In this document: one piece after another, positions 22,702-33,278 of the stretch
How the letters are laid out: every line of letters starts with the position of its first letter
Position numbering within the stretch: position 1 is the first letter of the stretch
NCBI GenBank assembly: GCA_049670805.1
Contig: JBATTW010000385.1
Location: 18,007-82,006 of the forward strand
DNA: 64,000 nucleotides
Source of the DNA: Bacteroidota bacterium
GTDB taxonomy: Bacteria; Bacteroidota; Ignavibacteria; UBA10030; UBA6906
Reading direction: 5' to 3'
Translations under genes and position numbers: made by a program
The notes under the pieces: generated by a model
What the model was told of the DNA's origin: nothing
Database searches by the model: none
Seen by the model: the letters and a program-made list of their open reading frames with translations, nothing else

Positions 22702-25392
22702 ATGGCGAGCATAAACGAGAAGATCGTTCCGGTAGACATCGAAGACGAAATGCGAGGATCGTACATCGATTACTCGATGTCGGTCATTGTGGCACGGGCC
22801 CTCCCCGATGTCCGTGATGGGCTGAAGCCCGTACATCGACGTGTGCTCTACGGCATGCAGGGGCTCGGGCTTGCTGCCGGCCGGGCGTACAAGAAATCGG
22901 CACGCATTGTAGGCGAGGTACTCGGCAAGTATCATCCGCACGGAGATACGGCCGTGTACGATACGATGGTGCGTATGGCGCAGGATTTTTCGATGCGCTA
23001 TCCGCTGGTGGATGGTCAGGGGAATTTCGGGTCTGTGGACGGTGATTCTCCCGCGGCCATGCGGTACACAGAGGCTCGACTTTCCCGGCTCGCTGAAGAG
23101 ATGTTGAGGGATCTGCAGAAAGGCACCGTGGATTTTACGCCGAATTTCGATGAGACGCTTGCAGAGCCCTCGGTTCTTCCGGCCCTGGTCCCCAACCTGC
23201 TGGTCAATGGCGCAAGCGGGATCGCGGTGGGGATGGCGACGAACATTCCACCCCACAATCTCACCGAAGTGATCGACGGGTGTGTCGCGTTTATCAAGAA
23301 TCCGGAGATCACCACCGAAAAGTTGATGAAGCATGTTACCGCACCTGATTTCCCCACGGGGGGAATCATTTACGGGTACGAAGGCGTTCGGGAGGCCTAC
23401 AAGACAGGGCGGGGCCGTGTTGTGGTACGCGCGCGGGCGACTATCGAGACCGGAAAGAATGATCGACAGCGCATCATCATTTCGGAAATCCCGTACCAGG
23501 TCAACAAAGCAAACCTGATTGAGAAGATTGCAGACCTCGTCAACGACAAGAAACTGGAAGACATTTCCGACATACGTGATGAATCTGACCGCGACGGTCT
23601 CAGGGCGGTCATCGAGCTGAAACGAGACGCGAACGCCAGCGTCGTGCTGAACAATCTCTACAAACACACCCAGATGCAGGTAACATTCGGTGTGAACATG
23701 CTTGCCCTCGTGGACGGGCGTCCGAAGGTGCTTACCCTGAAGGAAATGACTCAGCGCTTTGTAGAGCATCGGAACGAAGTGGTCGTTCGGCGTTCCAGAT
23801 ACGAGCTGGAAGAAGCGGAGAAACGAGCGCATATCCTCGAGGGATACATCATCGCACTCGATAATATTGATGCGATTGTCAGGCTCATCAAGAAATCGAG
23901 GGACGTTGAGACCGCAAAAATCGGTCTCATGAAGAGGTTCAAACTGTCGGAGATCCAGGCGAAGGCTATTCTTGATATGCGGCTTCAGAGGCTGACCGGC
24001 TTGGAGCGCAAGAAGATCGAACACGAATACCGTGAAACGATAAAGCTCATAGAACGGCTAAAAGCGATTTTGAAGAGCAAGCAACTCCAGATGGAGATCA
24101 TAAAGGAGGAGTTGCTCGACATCAAAACGAAATACGGGGACGACCGCCGGACGGAGATCGTGTACAAAGCGGAGGAGTTCAGTATCGAGGACATGATCGC
24201 CGAAGAGCAGGTGGTTGTGACCATAAGCCATAACGGGTTCATCAAACGGTTCCCCGTGAGTGGGTACAGACGTCAGTCGCGTGGTGGACGGGGTAGCACG
24301 GGGGCAGCGACGCGGTCGGATGATTTCATCGAGCATGTGTTCGTGGCAAGTTCACATGACTACCTTCTGCTCTTTGCCAACAAAGGACGATGTTACTGGC
24401 TCAAGGTTTTTGAGATTCCGGAGGCAGGGAGAACGTCCCGAGGGAAGTCGATCGCGCATCTGATTGCGAAGCGCCCCGACGAGCTTCTTGCGTCTTTTGT
24501 ACCAGTGAAGAATTTCGAGGATCCCCTCTTTATCCTGATGATGACAGAGAGGGGTATTATCAAGAAGACATCGCTGGGAGAGTTCAGCAACCCCAGAAAA
24601 GCAGGGATCACGGCAATCGGGCTGGGGACGCACGACCGCCTCATTGACGTGCGGGTCACGGACGGCAGTCAGGATGTGGTCTTAGGAACCCGCGAAGGCC
24701 TGGCCGTCCGGTTCGATGAGAGCGAGGTTCGATCGATGGGTCGGACGGCAGCCGGCGTGCGCGCGATGAAGCTCGGTCGATCCGACAAGGTAGTTGGGGC
24801 CGTCGCACTCCGTCGCAGCGGAACAAGTATCCTCGTGGTGACAGAGAGGGGTTTTGGGAAGAGGAGTGAGACCGACGAGTACAGAGTCAGCCACAGGGGT
24901 GGAAAGGGGATTATCACCGTCCGTACGACCGACAAGACCGGGAAGATGGTCGCCATCAAAGAAGTTGTGGATGGTGACGACGTTGTCATTGTGACCAGCG
25001 GGGGGAAGGCCATCCGGCACCATGTGTCGGAAATCAGAGTTGCCGGGAGGAACACGCAAGGCGTCCACCTGATCAGACTGAGTGGCGATGATTTGGTGGC
25101 GGATGTGGCAGCCGTAGTGTCAGAGGAACGGGAAGTACCCGCCGTCAAAGCGGACGAGGGGGAAGGAGAAGGTCTGGACAGCCGGCCAGCAGCTGCGACG
25201 GATGAGATCGGGAAACAGAAAACGGTGCATTGGCCTGCAGATCAGAAGGCAACCCGGGGAGAGCAAAAGTCTTCCAGAGAAACAGGCCGAAAAGACCTGG
25301 TTGCCGTGAAGAAGCGGCGTGGCCGTACTCAGCAGACCCGGCGCTCCAGGACAGCCCGTCCTCCGGCAAAGAAGCGAGGTAGAAGGAAGTGA
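22702..25392 (+). CDS. gyrA: DNA gyrase subunit A with a ~90-aa disordered C-terminal tail that is acidic then strongly basic
   Basis: 896 aa with catalytic Tyr region ([10 protein letters not shown]), GyrA-box beta-pinwheel CTD, then a tail ending [27 protein letters not shown]. Confidence 0.95.
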   Translation: MASINEKIVPVDIEDEMRGSYIDYSMSVIVARALPDVRDGLKPVHRRVLYGMQGLGLAAGRAYKKSARIVGEVLGKYHPHGDTAVYDTMVRMAQDFSMRYPLVDGQGNFGSVDGDSPAAMRYTEARLSRLAEEMLRDLQKGTVDFTPNFDETLAEPSVLPALVPNLLVNGASGIAVGMATNIPPHNLTEVIDGCVAFIKNPEITTEKLMKHVTAPDFPTGGIIYGYEGVREAYKTGRGRVVVRARATIETGKNDRQRIIISEIPYQVNKANLIEKIADLVNDKKLEDISDIRDESDRDGLRAVIELKRDANASVVLNNLYKHTQMQVTFGVNMLALVDGRPKVLTLKEMTQRFVEHRNEVVVRRSRYELEEAEKRAHILEGYIIALDNIDAIVRLIKKSRDVETAKIGLMKRFKLSEIQAKAILDMRLQRLTGLERKKIEHEYRETIKLIERLKAILKSKQLQMEIIKEELLDIKTKYGDDRRTEIVYKAEEFSIEDMIAEEQVVVTISHNGFIKRFPVSGYRRQSRGGRGSTGAATRSDDFIEHVFVASSHDYLLLFANKGRCYWLKVFEIPEAGRTSRGKSIAHLIAKRPDELLASFVPVKNFEDPLFILMMTERGIIKKTSLGEFSNPRKAGITAIGLGTHDRLIDVRVTDGSQDVVLGTREGLAVRFDESEVRSMGRTAAGVRAMKLGRSDKVVGAVALRRSGTSILVVTERGFGKRSETDEYRVSHRGGKGIITVRTTDKTGKMVAIKEVVDGDDVVIVTSGGKAIRHHVSEIRVAGRNTQGVHLIRLSGDDLVADVAAVVSEEREVPAVKADEGEGEGLDSRPAAATDEIGKQKTVHWPADQKATRGEQKSSRETGRKDLVAVKKRRGRTQQTRRSRTARPPAKKRGRRK

Positions 25393-25410
25393 GAGTAACG
25401 GGGGGAGAGC

Positions 25411-27579
25411 TTACAGCATCCCGCTTCTCTTTCTGAGGAACCATTCGAGGGAGAGAAATACGAGGAGCAGGGCAAGCGTGTAGTGCCAGTTCCACAGCGC
25501 CAGCGATCGAACGCTCGTCTCTTTCCGCGGTGTGAACGCAGGCAACTCCAGCAGGGCAGGAGCCAGGCTGTCGATTTCGGCCGGGGCGATGTAACCGCCC
25601 CCGGTGACATGTGCAAGCTCCCTCAGGAGCTGCCTGTTCGCAGGTGTTTCCAGAAATTCTAGGTTCGTTTCTCCCACAGTGAATCTACCAGAATCCTCTC
25701 CCACCACAATCCCGTCGACCTCTGCCGAAGCGTTGTAGGAGTAGTCCCCCTGGGCGAGGCTTCTGAGCTCACCATCATACCTGCCGTTTCCCATCGGTTT
25801 GAGATCCGCTTCTCGAACGTCATCCTCACGTTCAACCGCCACGGTGATGTGCGCTCGATCTACCGGGTGTGACGTGGCGTCGTACACCTGTGCGAAAAAA
25901 GCAACCGATTCTCCTTCGTGAAAGAACGGCTTGGCGGGCTTAACTCTTACCTGTCGGCTCTCTTCACGGGATGAAAGCCACTGAATGGAGGAGGTGAGGA
26001 AGCGAGAGAGAAACGGGACAGTTTGTGGATTTCCCTGTCCCATTAATCTCCAGCGCCAGATTCCGTGGCCAAGAATGGCAAGCGACTTTTGCCCACCGAC
26101 GGCGCGGACGAGCAGAAAGGGACCGATGCCGCCCGAACTTGTGCGGCTGTGTCCGAGGACAACGGTTCCCGATTTTGTCCGGTATGTCGTCACTGTGGCA
26201 AAGAGCGGTGGGAGCTTCCCCCAGGTACCGAAACCATCGGGGGAGCCGAAAGAGAGAAGATAGTGTGATCGGTGTGCATCGGCAGGTTGGAAGTACACAA
26301 GCCGTTCTACCGAGGAGGAGACCTCAACTGTGAAAGGGATGGAGCTCGAAATCGATGCAAGTCGGCCGTAGTCAATGTGGGGGCTGCCAACGAAGAGGAT
26401 GGGTGAAGAATTCCGTTGCAGCGCTTTGTTGAGTCTATCCACGGTGGCATGTGGTGTTGATGGGGTGGGGAACCCCACAAAGACGTAGCAGTCTGCCGAG
26501 TCGATAAGCGATAACCCCAGCGCGCCTTCGTACCACCCCGACGGTTGTCGTTGGGTGAAAGAACGGACGCTGAGGTTCTGATCTTCTGTGAGGGTTTGCC
26601 GGATCGCGGAAAGATCCGGTGAGGGCATACCGGCGATAACCAGAACCCGAACTTTGGTTCGCAGGACCTTTGTGTAAAAGTCTTGCGCATTATTCTTCCC
26701 CGTCAACTCGCCCCGTAGGCGGGAAACGGAGACACGGTACTTCTGGGTCCCTTCGCTCTCTGGGGTGTAAGAAAGACGCACGTCGTAGTTGCGCGTTCCC
26801 TCACCGAAAGTAACGAGCTTGCGATCTAAGAGCTTGCCGTCCTTCTGGAGCGATACCTCAACACGGTGGTTGAGAAATCCCGAGCTTCGGAGGGTGACAT
26901 CAACAGGTGTCGGTTTTCCCGCGTATACCAGCTCGTTTGCCGCTACCCTGGAGACGAGGATATCACGTTGTTCAACGGTGTCTCCGATTCCAACGGCGAA
27001 TATCGGGAGGGCAAGGCGCTCCGCGGCGTGAACGGGATTTTTGCCTACCGTGAAGATACCGTCAGTCAGCAGGAGGGCAGCCTGCAGCTTATCACGGTCT
27101 TTCCTGAGCATGTTCAGTGCAAGCGCGATGTCCGTTCCCTTCTCGTCGAGTGCGAGAGTATCGTTTCCTGTCGGCCCATTCGGGAGGAGGGTCGTACCAA
27201 AAGTGTAGTAACGAAGTTCGACATCGTCGGTGAGACGCTCCAACGCATCCGACTGAAGCACCCCCCGCAGGATATCGGCGCGGGGTTGACCCGGATCATC
27301 GATCTGCATGCTTTCGCTGTTGTCAATCAGGACGGCGAGCGCAGGGGGATTTGTGGTGGACGAGATGATCCTCAGGAGCGGCTCGAACAGGAGGAGGGCC
27401 ATCAGGCAAAGGGACCCCGCACGAAGCAGAGAGAGGACGATGCGCTTTCTGCGCGTCACCGGAGGTACAGTATATCGGTAGAAGAGGATGGCCAGGAGAC
27501 ACCCGATGAGCACCAGCAGGATCAGAATCAGCGCAGGGCCGCCAAATATGATTTCGAAGTGGGGCATGGGCTCAATCAC
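25411..27579 (-). CDS. Membrane-anchored von Willebrand factor A domain protein (BatA-N-like two-TM N-terminus, MIDAS DNSES), MoxR-associated
   Basis: 722 aa with N-terminal two TM helices flanking RRKR, vWA with DxSxS (VLIDNSESM), and a long C-terminal region. Directly downstream of the MoxR ATPase. Confidence 0.6.
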   Translation of the reverse strand: MIEPMPHFEIIFGGPALILILLVLIGCLLAILFYRYTVPPVTRRKRIVLSLLRAGSLCLMALLLFEPLLRIISSTTNPPALAVLIDNSESMQIDDPGQPRADILRGVLQSDALERLTDDVELRYYTFGTTLLPNGPTGNDTLALDEKGTDIALALNMLRKDRDKLQAALLLTDGIFTVGKNPVHAAERLALPIFAVGIGDTVEQRDILVSRVAANELVYAGKPTPVDVTLRSSGFLNHRVEVSLQKDGKLLDRKLVTFGEGTRNYDVRLSYTPESEGTQKYRVSVSRLRGELTGKNNAQDFYTKVLRTKVRVLVIAGMPSPDLSAIRQTLTEDQNLSVRSFTQRQPSGWYEGALGLSLIDSADCYVFVGFPTPSTPHATVDRLNKALQRNSSPILFVGSPHIDYGRLASISSSIPFTVEVSSSVERLVYFQPADAHRSHYLLSFGSPDGFGTWGKLPPLFATVTTYRTKSGTVVLGHSRTSSGGIGPFLLVRAVGGQKSLAILGHGIWRWRLMGQGNPQTVPFLSRFLTSSIQWLSSREESRQVRVKPAKPFFHEGESVAFFAQVYDATSHPVDRAHITVAVEREDDVREADLKPMGNGRYDGELRSLAQGDYSYNASAEVDGIVVGEDSGRFTVGETNLEFLETPANRQLLRELAHVTGGGYIAPAEIDSLAPALLELPAFTPRKETSVRSLALWNWHYTLALLLVFLSLEWFLRKRSGML

Positions 27580-27612
27580 CGGGGAGAAAGGTGTACGGTA
27601 GACGTGCCGGGA

Positions 27613-28635
27613 TCAGGCAGAAGAGGAGGAGGGTTGGTGCGTGTCCTGCACCAGCCGCTGTATGATCTCAATGCTACTTATCCCGTCCGCTTCCGCATTG
27701 AAATTCGGCACAATTCTATGGCGGAGAACCGGACCGGCCATTTCGCGAACATCATCGATGTCAGGCGTATGTCTTCCCGTCAGCAGCGCCCTTGTCTTTG
27801 CGCCCAGAATCATGTACTGGGATGCCCTGGGGCCTGCACCCCAGCTCAGCCATTCCTTGATGAACTCGGGAGCGTGATCCGTCTTTGGACGGGTCTGACG
27901 TGCAAGGGTCACCGCGTACTCGATAACGTTGTCCGCGACGGGAACACGCCGGACAAGGTTCTGAAACAAACTAATTTGCTCCCCGCTCAGAATATGACGG
28001 ATGTCCGGCGAAAAAAGGCTGGTTGTCGATTTGACAATCTGTACCTCCTCAGCCGGCGAGGGATAGTCAAGCCACAGGTTGAACATGAAGCGGTCCAACT
28101 GAGCTTCAGGCAGAGGATAGGTTCCCTCCTGTTCGATGGGGTTCTGTGTTGCGAGGACAAAAAAGGGCTCCTGGAGTGTGTACGTCTGACCCGCAGCGGT
28201 GACTCTGTGTTCCTGCATGGCCTCCAGAAGCGCAGCCTGTGTCTTTGGAGGTGTTCGGTTGATCTCATCGGCGAGCACGATGTTGGCAAATACCGGCCCA
28301 TGAATGAACTTGAACACCTTCGCCCCCGTCGACGGCTTTTCTTCGATGATTTCTGTTCCGGTTATGTCGCTTGGCATCAGATCGGGTGTGAACTGGATCC
28401 TGCTGAATTTCAGGTCGAGGACCTGCGCAAGGGTGCGGATGAGGAGCGTCTTGGCGAGTCCAGGTACACCGATCAGGAGGCAATGACCCCGCGCGAGAAG
28501 AGCTATGAGCAATTGCTCGACAACAGTCTCCTGTCCCACGATGATCTTGGCGATTTCCCCACGCAGGGCGGCATATGCGTCCCGGAGCGCGCTGGCTGAC
28601 TCGGTATCACTTCTGGCGTTTTGTGTCTTTCCCAC
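27613..28635 (-). CDS. MoxR-family AAA+ ATPase
   Basis: 340 aa with Walker A GVPGLAKT, the MoxR-type N-terminus (ALR...I.KII.GQE) and Walker B DEINR. Confidence 0.88.
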   Translation of the reverse strand: MGKTQNARSDTESASALRDAYAALRGEIAKIIVGQETVVEQLLIALLARGHCLLIGVPGLAKTLLIRTLAQVLDLKFSRIQFTPDLMPSDITGTEIIEEKPSTGAKVFKFIHGPVFANIVLADEINRTPPKTQAALLEAMQEHRVTAAGQTYTLQEPFFVLATQNPIEQEGTYPLPEAQLDRFMFNLWLDYPSPAEEVQIVKSTTSLFSPDIRHILSGEQISLFQNLVRRVPVADNVIEYAVTLARQTRPKTDHAPEFIKEWLSWGAGPRASQYMILGAKTRALLTGRHTPDIDDVREMAGPVLRHRIVPNFNAEADGISSIEIIQRLVQDTHQPSSSSA

Positions 28636-28663
28636 GCGTACGCCCCCTACCCCCTTTCCTTGG

Positions 28664-29983
28664 TCACAGATACACCTTCCAGTAAATGTCCTGTTTCAAC
28701 TCGTCAATCCACTCCTCGTAGTCACGTACTTTCTTGTAGTTGAGGGCCAGTGCTTCCAGCTTGCGATAGTCCTGCTCGAGTGTCATGTCGTGTGCGGGAA
28801 TCCGTTCTCTTACAGAGACGATGTGATAGCCGTAGGAAGTTCCAGCCGTCAGTTTCGTTACCGGACTGATCTCTCCCGCCTTCAAAGGCGAAACGGTGTC
28901 GAGGATATTCTTGTCCAGGTTTTCGAGCTCGAACGTTCCGAGCTGTCCACCGACGAGGTTTGTCTCGGTATCCTCGGAGTATTTGCGGGCGAGCTCTGCG
29001 AAATTTTCTCCGGCCAGAGCGCGTTCGCGGAGGCGCCCCAGAAGTGCCATGGTGGAATCGTCGTCCGCCTGCGTACGTTCCATTCGGAGGAGAATATGTC
29101 TGGCGCGGACGGCGTCACCACGGCGTTCGAGGAGCTGAACGACATGGAGTCCAAACTGTGTCTCGACGATGTTGGACATCTCCCCTTCCGTAAGGGAAAA
29201 AACCGCGCTTTCGAATTCTTTGACAAACAGTCCTCGCCGAACAAGCCCCAGATCTCCGCCCTCGGCAGCGGAGCCCGGGTCTTCAGAATTTCTGCGAGCG
29301 ATGTCTGCGAAATCGGCTCCGGCTTTGATGCTGTCCAGCAACAGTTCCATTCTGGCGCGTGTGGCGGATCGGGCATCCTCACTGACCTGCGGACGCATGA
29401 AGATGTGTGCAAGCTCGACCTCCTCCGATACGCGCGGGAGGCTGTCTTTGTAGACCTGGTAGAACTGTTCAACTTCATGACGACCTACGCTCGCTTGACC
29501 AAACCGCTCCTGTTGCAGGCGCTGTGCAAGGAGGTTCTTTCGCATCTCCTCCCGGAACTCCCTACGGATACGTGAAAGCGACATGCCGTAAAGTTCCTCG
29601 AGTCGGGCTTCTGAGCCGACCTGCTGGATGCGTTGCTGGAGAACCGCGTCCAGCTGGTGCTGGACTTCTTCGTCTGAGACCGTAATACTGTCCTCGATTG
29701 CCTTGGCAATGAGGAGCTTCTCGCTGACCATGGATTCCAGCACCCGCTCCTGGAGGCCGGGCGTGTTGGGATCGACACGGTTGTTGAGAGCAAAGAAGTC
29801 GAGTTGCGCATTTAACTCCGACTGCAGGATGATTTCATCATCAACAACCGCAACGACTCTGTCAAGAGTTTGTGATGATGCCGTCCCTACAAGGACCAGG
29901 GCGACTGCTCCAATTGTGCTGAGTCTGGCGATCACCGGTAAAAGCACCTCAATTCGTTCCTTCTGTTCCCATGTCCGCGTCAA
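28664..29983 (-). CDS. surA: Periplasmic chaperone / peptidyl-prolyl isomerase SurA (two parvulin domains)
   Basis: 439 aa with signal peptide, SurA N-domain, and two PpiC-type domains (GGDLG..., FGYH/FGLH motifs). Confidence 0.8.
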   Translation of the reverse strand: MTRTWEQKERIEVLLPVIARLSTIGAVALVLVGTASSQTLDRVVAVVDDEIILQSELNAQLDFFALNNRVDPNTPGLQERVLESMVSEKLLIAKAIEDSITVSDEEVQHQLDAVLQQRIQQVGSEARLEELYGMSLSRIRREFREEMRKNLLAQRLQQERFGQASVGRHEVEQFYQVYKDSLPRVSEEVELAHIFMRPQVSEDARSATRARMELLLDSIKAGADFADIARRNSEDPGSAAEGGDLGLVRRGLFVKEFESAVFSLTEGEMSNIVETQFGLHVVQLLERRGDAVRARHILLRMERTQADDDSTMALLGRLRERALAGENFAELARKYSEDTETNLVGGQLGTFELENLDKNILDTVSPLKAGEISPVTKLTAGTSYGYHIVSVRERIPAHDMTLEQDYRKLEALALNYKKVRDYEEWIDELKQDIYWKVYL

Positions 29984-30821
29984 GGGGAGTCATCCTGATG
30001 TCGATGCGCTGGCGTGAGCGGAGGGCGGCAACAAGTTCTTCATATTTGATACGGCGACGTTCAATGAGGATGCGATCACGTATTTCCTCACGAACATAAT
30101 CCAGCTCGGGGACCTCTCCGCTTCGTTTCGTACCGTGATGTTTGATGACATAGTACCTCTGCTGACGTCGCAGGACGAACGATATCTCTTCCTCTCCCAG
30201 AGATCGGGCGAGTCTCCAGAGTTCTTCCGGATAGAGCGCGCCCCGGGTGAAGTAAAGCCGATCAACGAGCTGCAGGATATGGGGTGCCAGGTTTGTATCG
30301 GACCGCGCCTGGGTGACAGCTTCAGGCCATGGTGTTCCATTGAGCACCGTGGAGCGGAATGTGCGCGTGGCGTCGCGTGTGTCAAAACAGACGTAACTCA
30401 CACGCACAACATCGTCGGGCAACGCAAACTCGCTTGCAGCTGAGTCAAGATACGCCCTCAGGACATCCTCGGTGATGGCAAGCGTGTCGAGTTCTGAGTA
30501 CAGTTCCCTTTCGAGCAACGCGGCAATGACGAGTCTCTTTTTGGTTGACTTGAGCTGTCGCTGGACCTCTTCTGATTCGGAGAGGTCTCGCCGCAGCGCC
30601 TCCTGGTACAGCAGCTCGGTGATGATCCAGTCGTTGACATATGTTTGCGCTTGCTGGTGCCATTCGCCGGCGGTATCAACAGCAGCTTTGATGTCAGCTT
30701 CGGTGAGCTCTGACCTTCCCACGCGGGCCACATACGGGCTCTTCTGCGCATCGCGGGCACAGGAAACGAGCACAAGAAGAAGTGGCAGAAACACTAGCAA
30801 GGACGCCAGCCAACGGACCAT
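29949..30821 (-). CDS. SurA-N-domain-like periplasmic chaperone lipoprotein (no parvulin domain)
   Basis: Internal ATG at 30821 gives MVRWLASLLVFLPLLLVLVSC (lipobox), 1 nt after the upstream gene's TAG. The track's 350-aa N-extension lacks a signal and overlaps the upstream gene by 179 bp. Similar to SurA/PpiD N-terminal chaperone domains. Confidence 0.5.
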   Translation of the reverse strand: MVRWLASLLVFLPLLLVLVSCARDAQKSPYVARVGRSELTEADIKAAVDTAGEWHQQAQTYVNDWIITELLYQEALRRDLSESEEVQRQLKSTKKRLVIAALLERELYSELDTLAITEDVLRAYLDSAASEFALPDDVVRVSYVCFDTRDATRTFRSTVLNGTPWPEAVTQARSDTNLAPHILQLVDRLYFTRGALYPEELWRLARSLGEEEISFVLRRQQRYYVIKHHGTKRSGEVPELDYVREEIRDRILIERRRIKYEELVAALRSRQRIDIRMTPLDADMGTEGTN

Positions 30822-30822
30822 T

Positions 30823-33171
30823 CTACCGGACTTCCGCAAAGGCAATGTTGAGCACCTCGTTGTGTCGGACGACAGGGTACTTTTTGCGCAGCTTCTCCAA
30901 CCAGAGGGCTTCGATGCGCTTGGATTCATAGTCCTGAAACGCAGTCGAGACCTCGGGGCCTGCCTCTTCAAACGTCTTGAGGCGGGCGGGGGTACGTCCA
31001 TCCAGTCGTACGATGACGTAGTTTCCCTTCAGGTGAAACGGCTCACCAAACTCTCCTGTCGCAAGCGAGTCGGCTCGGTGTGCGCGCTCATCCGCCTCCG
31101 GTGCGAGTGTCGCGGATGTAACGGCACCGATAACGAGCGGTCTGCGGCCCGTCAGACCAAGCGAGATCGTGTGTTGATTGTTGGCTGCAGGTGAGCCCTG
31201 TGGCTTCGAGAGGGTATCGATCCGCGATGGGTCGATACCGAGTGCCTTGACCAGCTGGGAATGCAGAGAGACCAGACGGCGTGAGGCCATCCGCAAGGTC
31301 TGAGACTTGCGCTGTGTTGTGTCCGGCTGCGCCAATATCCGCACTCTGAGTGTGCTGTCTTTCCTCAGGTCGGCTGCAACGGATGATAGCAGCGTGATCG
31401 TTGTCCGGTTGAGGCGCGACGAGCGGCGGGCGAAAGAAGCCTCGAACTTTGTCAGGGCGGCCATCCGGACGGAGTCCTGCTCTGCGACATCTGCAGGAGA
31501 TAGACCGGATACCAGCTTTGTGTGGATCGCACGACCACCCGCTTCGCTGGAGGACCGAATCTCGGTGAATATCACCCTCTCTGGATAACGAAACTTCTCA
31601 CGGTTTGCCACAAAGTAGTCGTGCAGGAGGGAATCGGTGGCCTGAACTTTTTCCCATACATTCTCCTGTTCGGCCTGATAGAGGAGCACTCCCTCCGTGT
31701 ACTCGTGGACAATTGAGGCAAACTCCGGATCCGTCTTTTTGAGCCGTTCGGCCTTTGCTGCGAAAAGGAGCTGTTCAGCTATCTTGTCCAGAACCGTAAA
31801 GAGGTTGCTCGCCGTTAGGCGGACGGTTCCGAGATCGCGTCTGCCTTCGATAAGGGCTACAACAGTGTCAACAGGAAATCGCTCTCCGGCGAGAGAGAGG
31901 ATGGTTGACGCTCCGAGTGACGGAGAAATCATTGAAGCCCAGGCACTGTCTCGCGTTGTTTTCGATGAATCGAGCGACACGAAGAATTGAGCAACAACAG
32001 TGTCATTTCGACTGTACTGCAGCTCTTGCTTGAGACCCTCGAGGTACTCCCGATAGTCATCCTGAAACCGAAGGCGTCTGTAGAGGGTCTTTATTTCCTC
32101 TTGAGATTCTTCGAACGATTTCCACGGACGTCGTTCATAGCATTTGATGATATGATATCCAAACGGCGTGCGCACGATTCCGGAGAGCTCTCCCGGCTGC
32201 AACGACAGGGCAACTTCATCGAAGGGTTGTATCCAGCGTCTCCGGGCGAACCAGCCGAGATCACCGCCCTTGGATGCGCTGCCGTGGTCGTCAGAGTTCC
32301 GTCTTGCGAGCCCCGCAAAATCCTCACCGTTCGCTATGCTGTCGCGGATGGCGCTGATGCGTGTATGGGCGGAACCGGTGTCATCGGGCGTGGGTGCCGG
32401 ACGGGCAAAGCGCTTCATGATGTGGCCGCAGTGGACTTCACCGGAGGCCGGTCGTCGGTCTGTGATGCGTATTACGTGAAGACCGTACTGGGTCCGGACA
32501 GGCGTCTGGGAGAGATCACCTTTTTGCATGGCATAGGCGGCATCTTCGAAGGGGCGAACCATTTGTCCCGCGGTAAAGTAGTACAGGTCACCCTTGTTCT
32601 CCTTGGCGGTGGGGTCGGTTGAGAACTGCTCGGCGAGCAGGCCGAAATCGGTACCGGCCTGTGCCTGGGTAATGATCTCATAGATCTTGGTATACGCTTC
32701 CGTCGATTCAACAGCGGTAGGGTTAGGCTTGAGACCGATGAGAATATGGCTTGCACGAATCTCCTCGGATTTGCGGTCATAGAGTTCCCGCACACCCGGA
32801 GAGACGATCTCCCGCCCGGTGATAAATGATTGGGCGAGGCTGCCCTCGTATTGCGCGATTTCCTCCTGAACGTCTCGGCGCAGATGCATTCCCCGGTCAT
32901 GGGCCTCTGCGAGTTTGAGGCGATAGTTGATCATCAGGTCCAGAAAGTGTTCACGGTCCTCGAGGCCAGCCTTTTCGCCGTGTTCCCGGCTGCCGTTGCT
33001 TTTGATATAAAGCGCTTCGTATTCGCCGAGCGTAATGTCTTCGTTGCCCACGCTGGCGACAACCGTATCGTGTGCCTTTGGCGAACAACCCTGCAAAACG
33101 AGCAGCAACCCCAGCAAGAGTACGGGTGGCGCAACAAGGCCCCGAAAGCATGAAGCTCCGGACTGCATCAC
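30823..33171 (-). CDS. PpiC-type peptidyl-prolyl cis-trans isomerase (PpiD/SurA-like) with two parvulin domains, a lipobox signal and a ~330-aa C-terminal extension of unknown function
   Basis: 782 aa with LVLQGCS lipobox and two parvulin domains (ASHILI...GDLYYF...YGLHVI; GHIM...GGDLGWF...FGYHII). The C-terminal third has no recognisable motif. Confidence 0.75.
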   Translation of the reverse strand: MMQSGASCFRGLVAPPVLLLGLLLVLQGCSPKAHDTVVASVGNEDITLGEYEALYIKSNGSREHGEKAGLEDREHFLDLMINYRLKLAEAHDRGMHLRRDVQEEIAQYEGSLAQSFITGREIVSPGVRELYDRKSEEIRASHILIGLKPNPTAVESTEAYTKIYEIITQAQAGTDFGLLAEQFSTDPTAKENKGDLYYFTAGQMVRPFEDAAYAMQKGDLSQTPVRTQYGLHVIRITDRRPASGEVHCGHIMKRFARPAPTPDDTGSAHTRISAIRDSIANGEDFAGLARRNSDDHGSASKGGDLGWFARRRWIQPFDEVALSLQPGELSGIVRTPFGYHIIKCYERRPWKSFEESQEEIKTLYRRLRFQDDYREYLEGLKQELQYSRNDTVVAQFFVSLDSSKTTRDSAWASMISPSLGASTILSLAGERFPVDTVVALIEGRRDLGTVRLTASNLFTVLDKIAEQLLFAAKAERLKKTDPEFASIVHEYTEGVLLYQAEQENVWEKVQATDSLLHDYFVANREKFRYPERVIFTEIRSSSEAGGRAIHTKLVSGLSPADVAEQDSVRMAALTKFEASFARRSSRLNRTTITLLSSVAADLRKDSTLRVRILAQPDTTQRKSQTLRMASRRLVSLHSQLVKALGIDPSRIDTLSKPQGSPAANNQHTISLGLTGRRPLVIGAVTSATLAPEADERAHRADSLATGEFGEPFHLKGNYVIVRLDGRTPARLKTFEEAGPEVSTAFQDYESKRIEALWLEKLRKKYPVVRHNEVLNIAFAEVR

Positions 33172-33278
33172 GATGTTTCTCCATCGAACTGTTCTACATA
33201 AAGAACCTGCAAGTTGATAGTCTACCGAAAAACAGGTTGAAAATCAAGATTTTGAGCGGTTCAAGAGCCCTCGTATGC

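Noticed and set aside
26866-28599. 577-aa plus-strand ORF
   Set aside because: It is antisense to the vWA protein and the MoxR ATPase and spans their intergenic junction. There is no domain signature, so I treat it as a high-GC artefact.
28505-29575. 356-aa plus-strand ORF
   Set aside because: It is antisense to the MoxR N-terminus and to surA, with low-complexity composition and no motifs.
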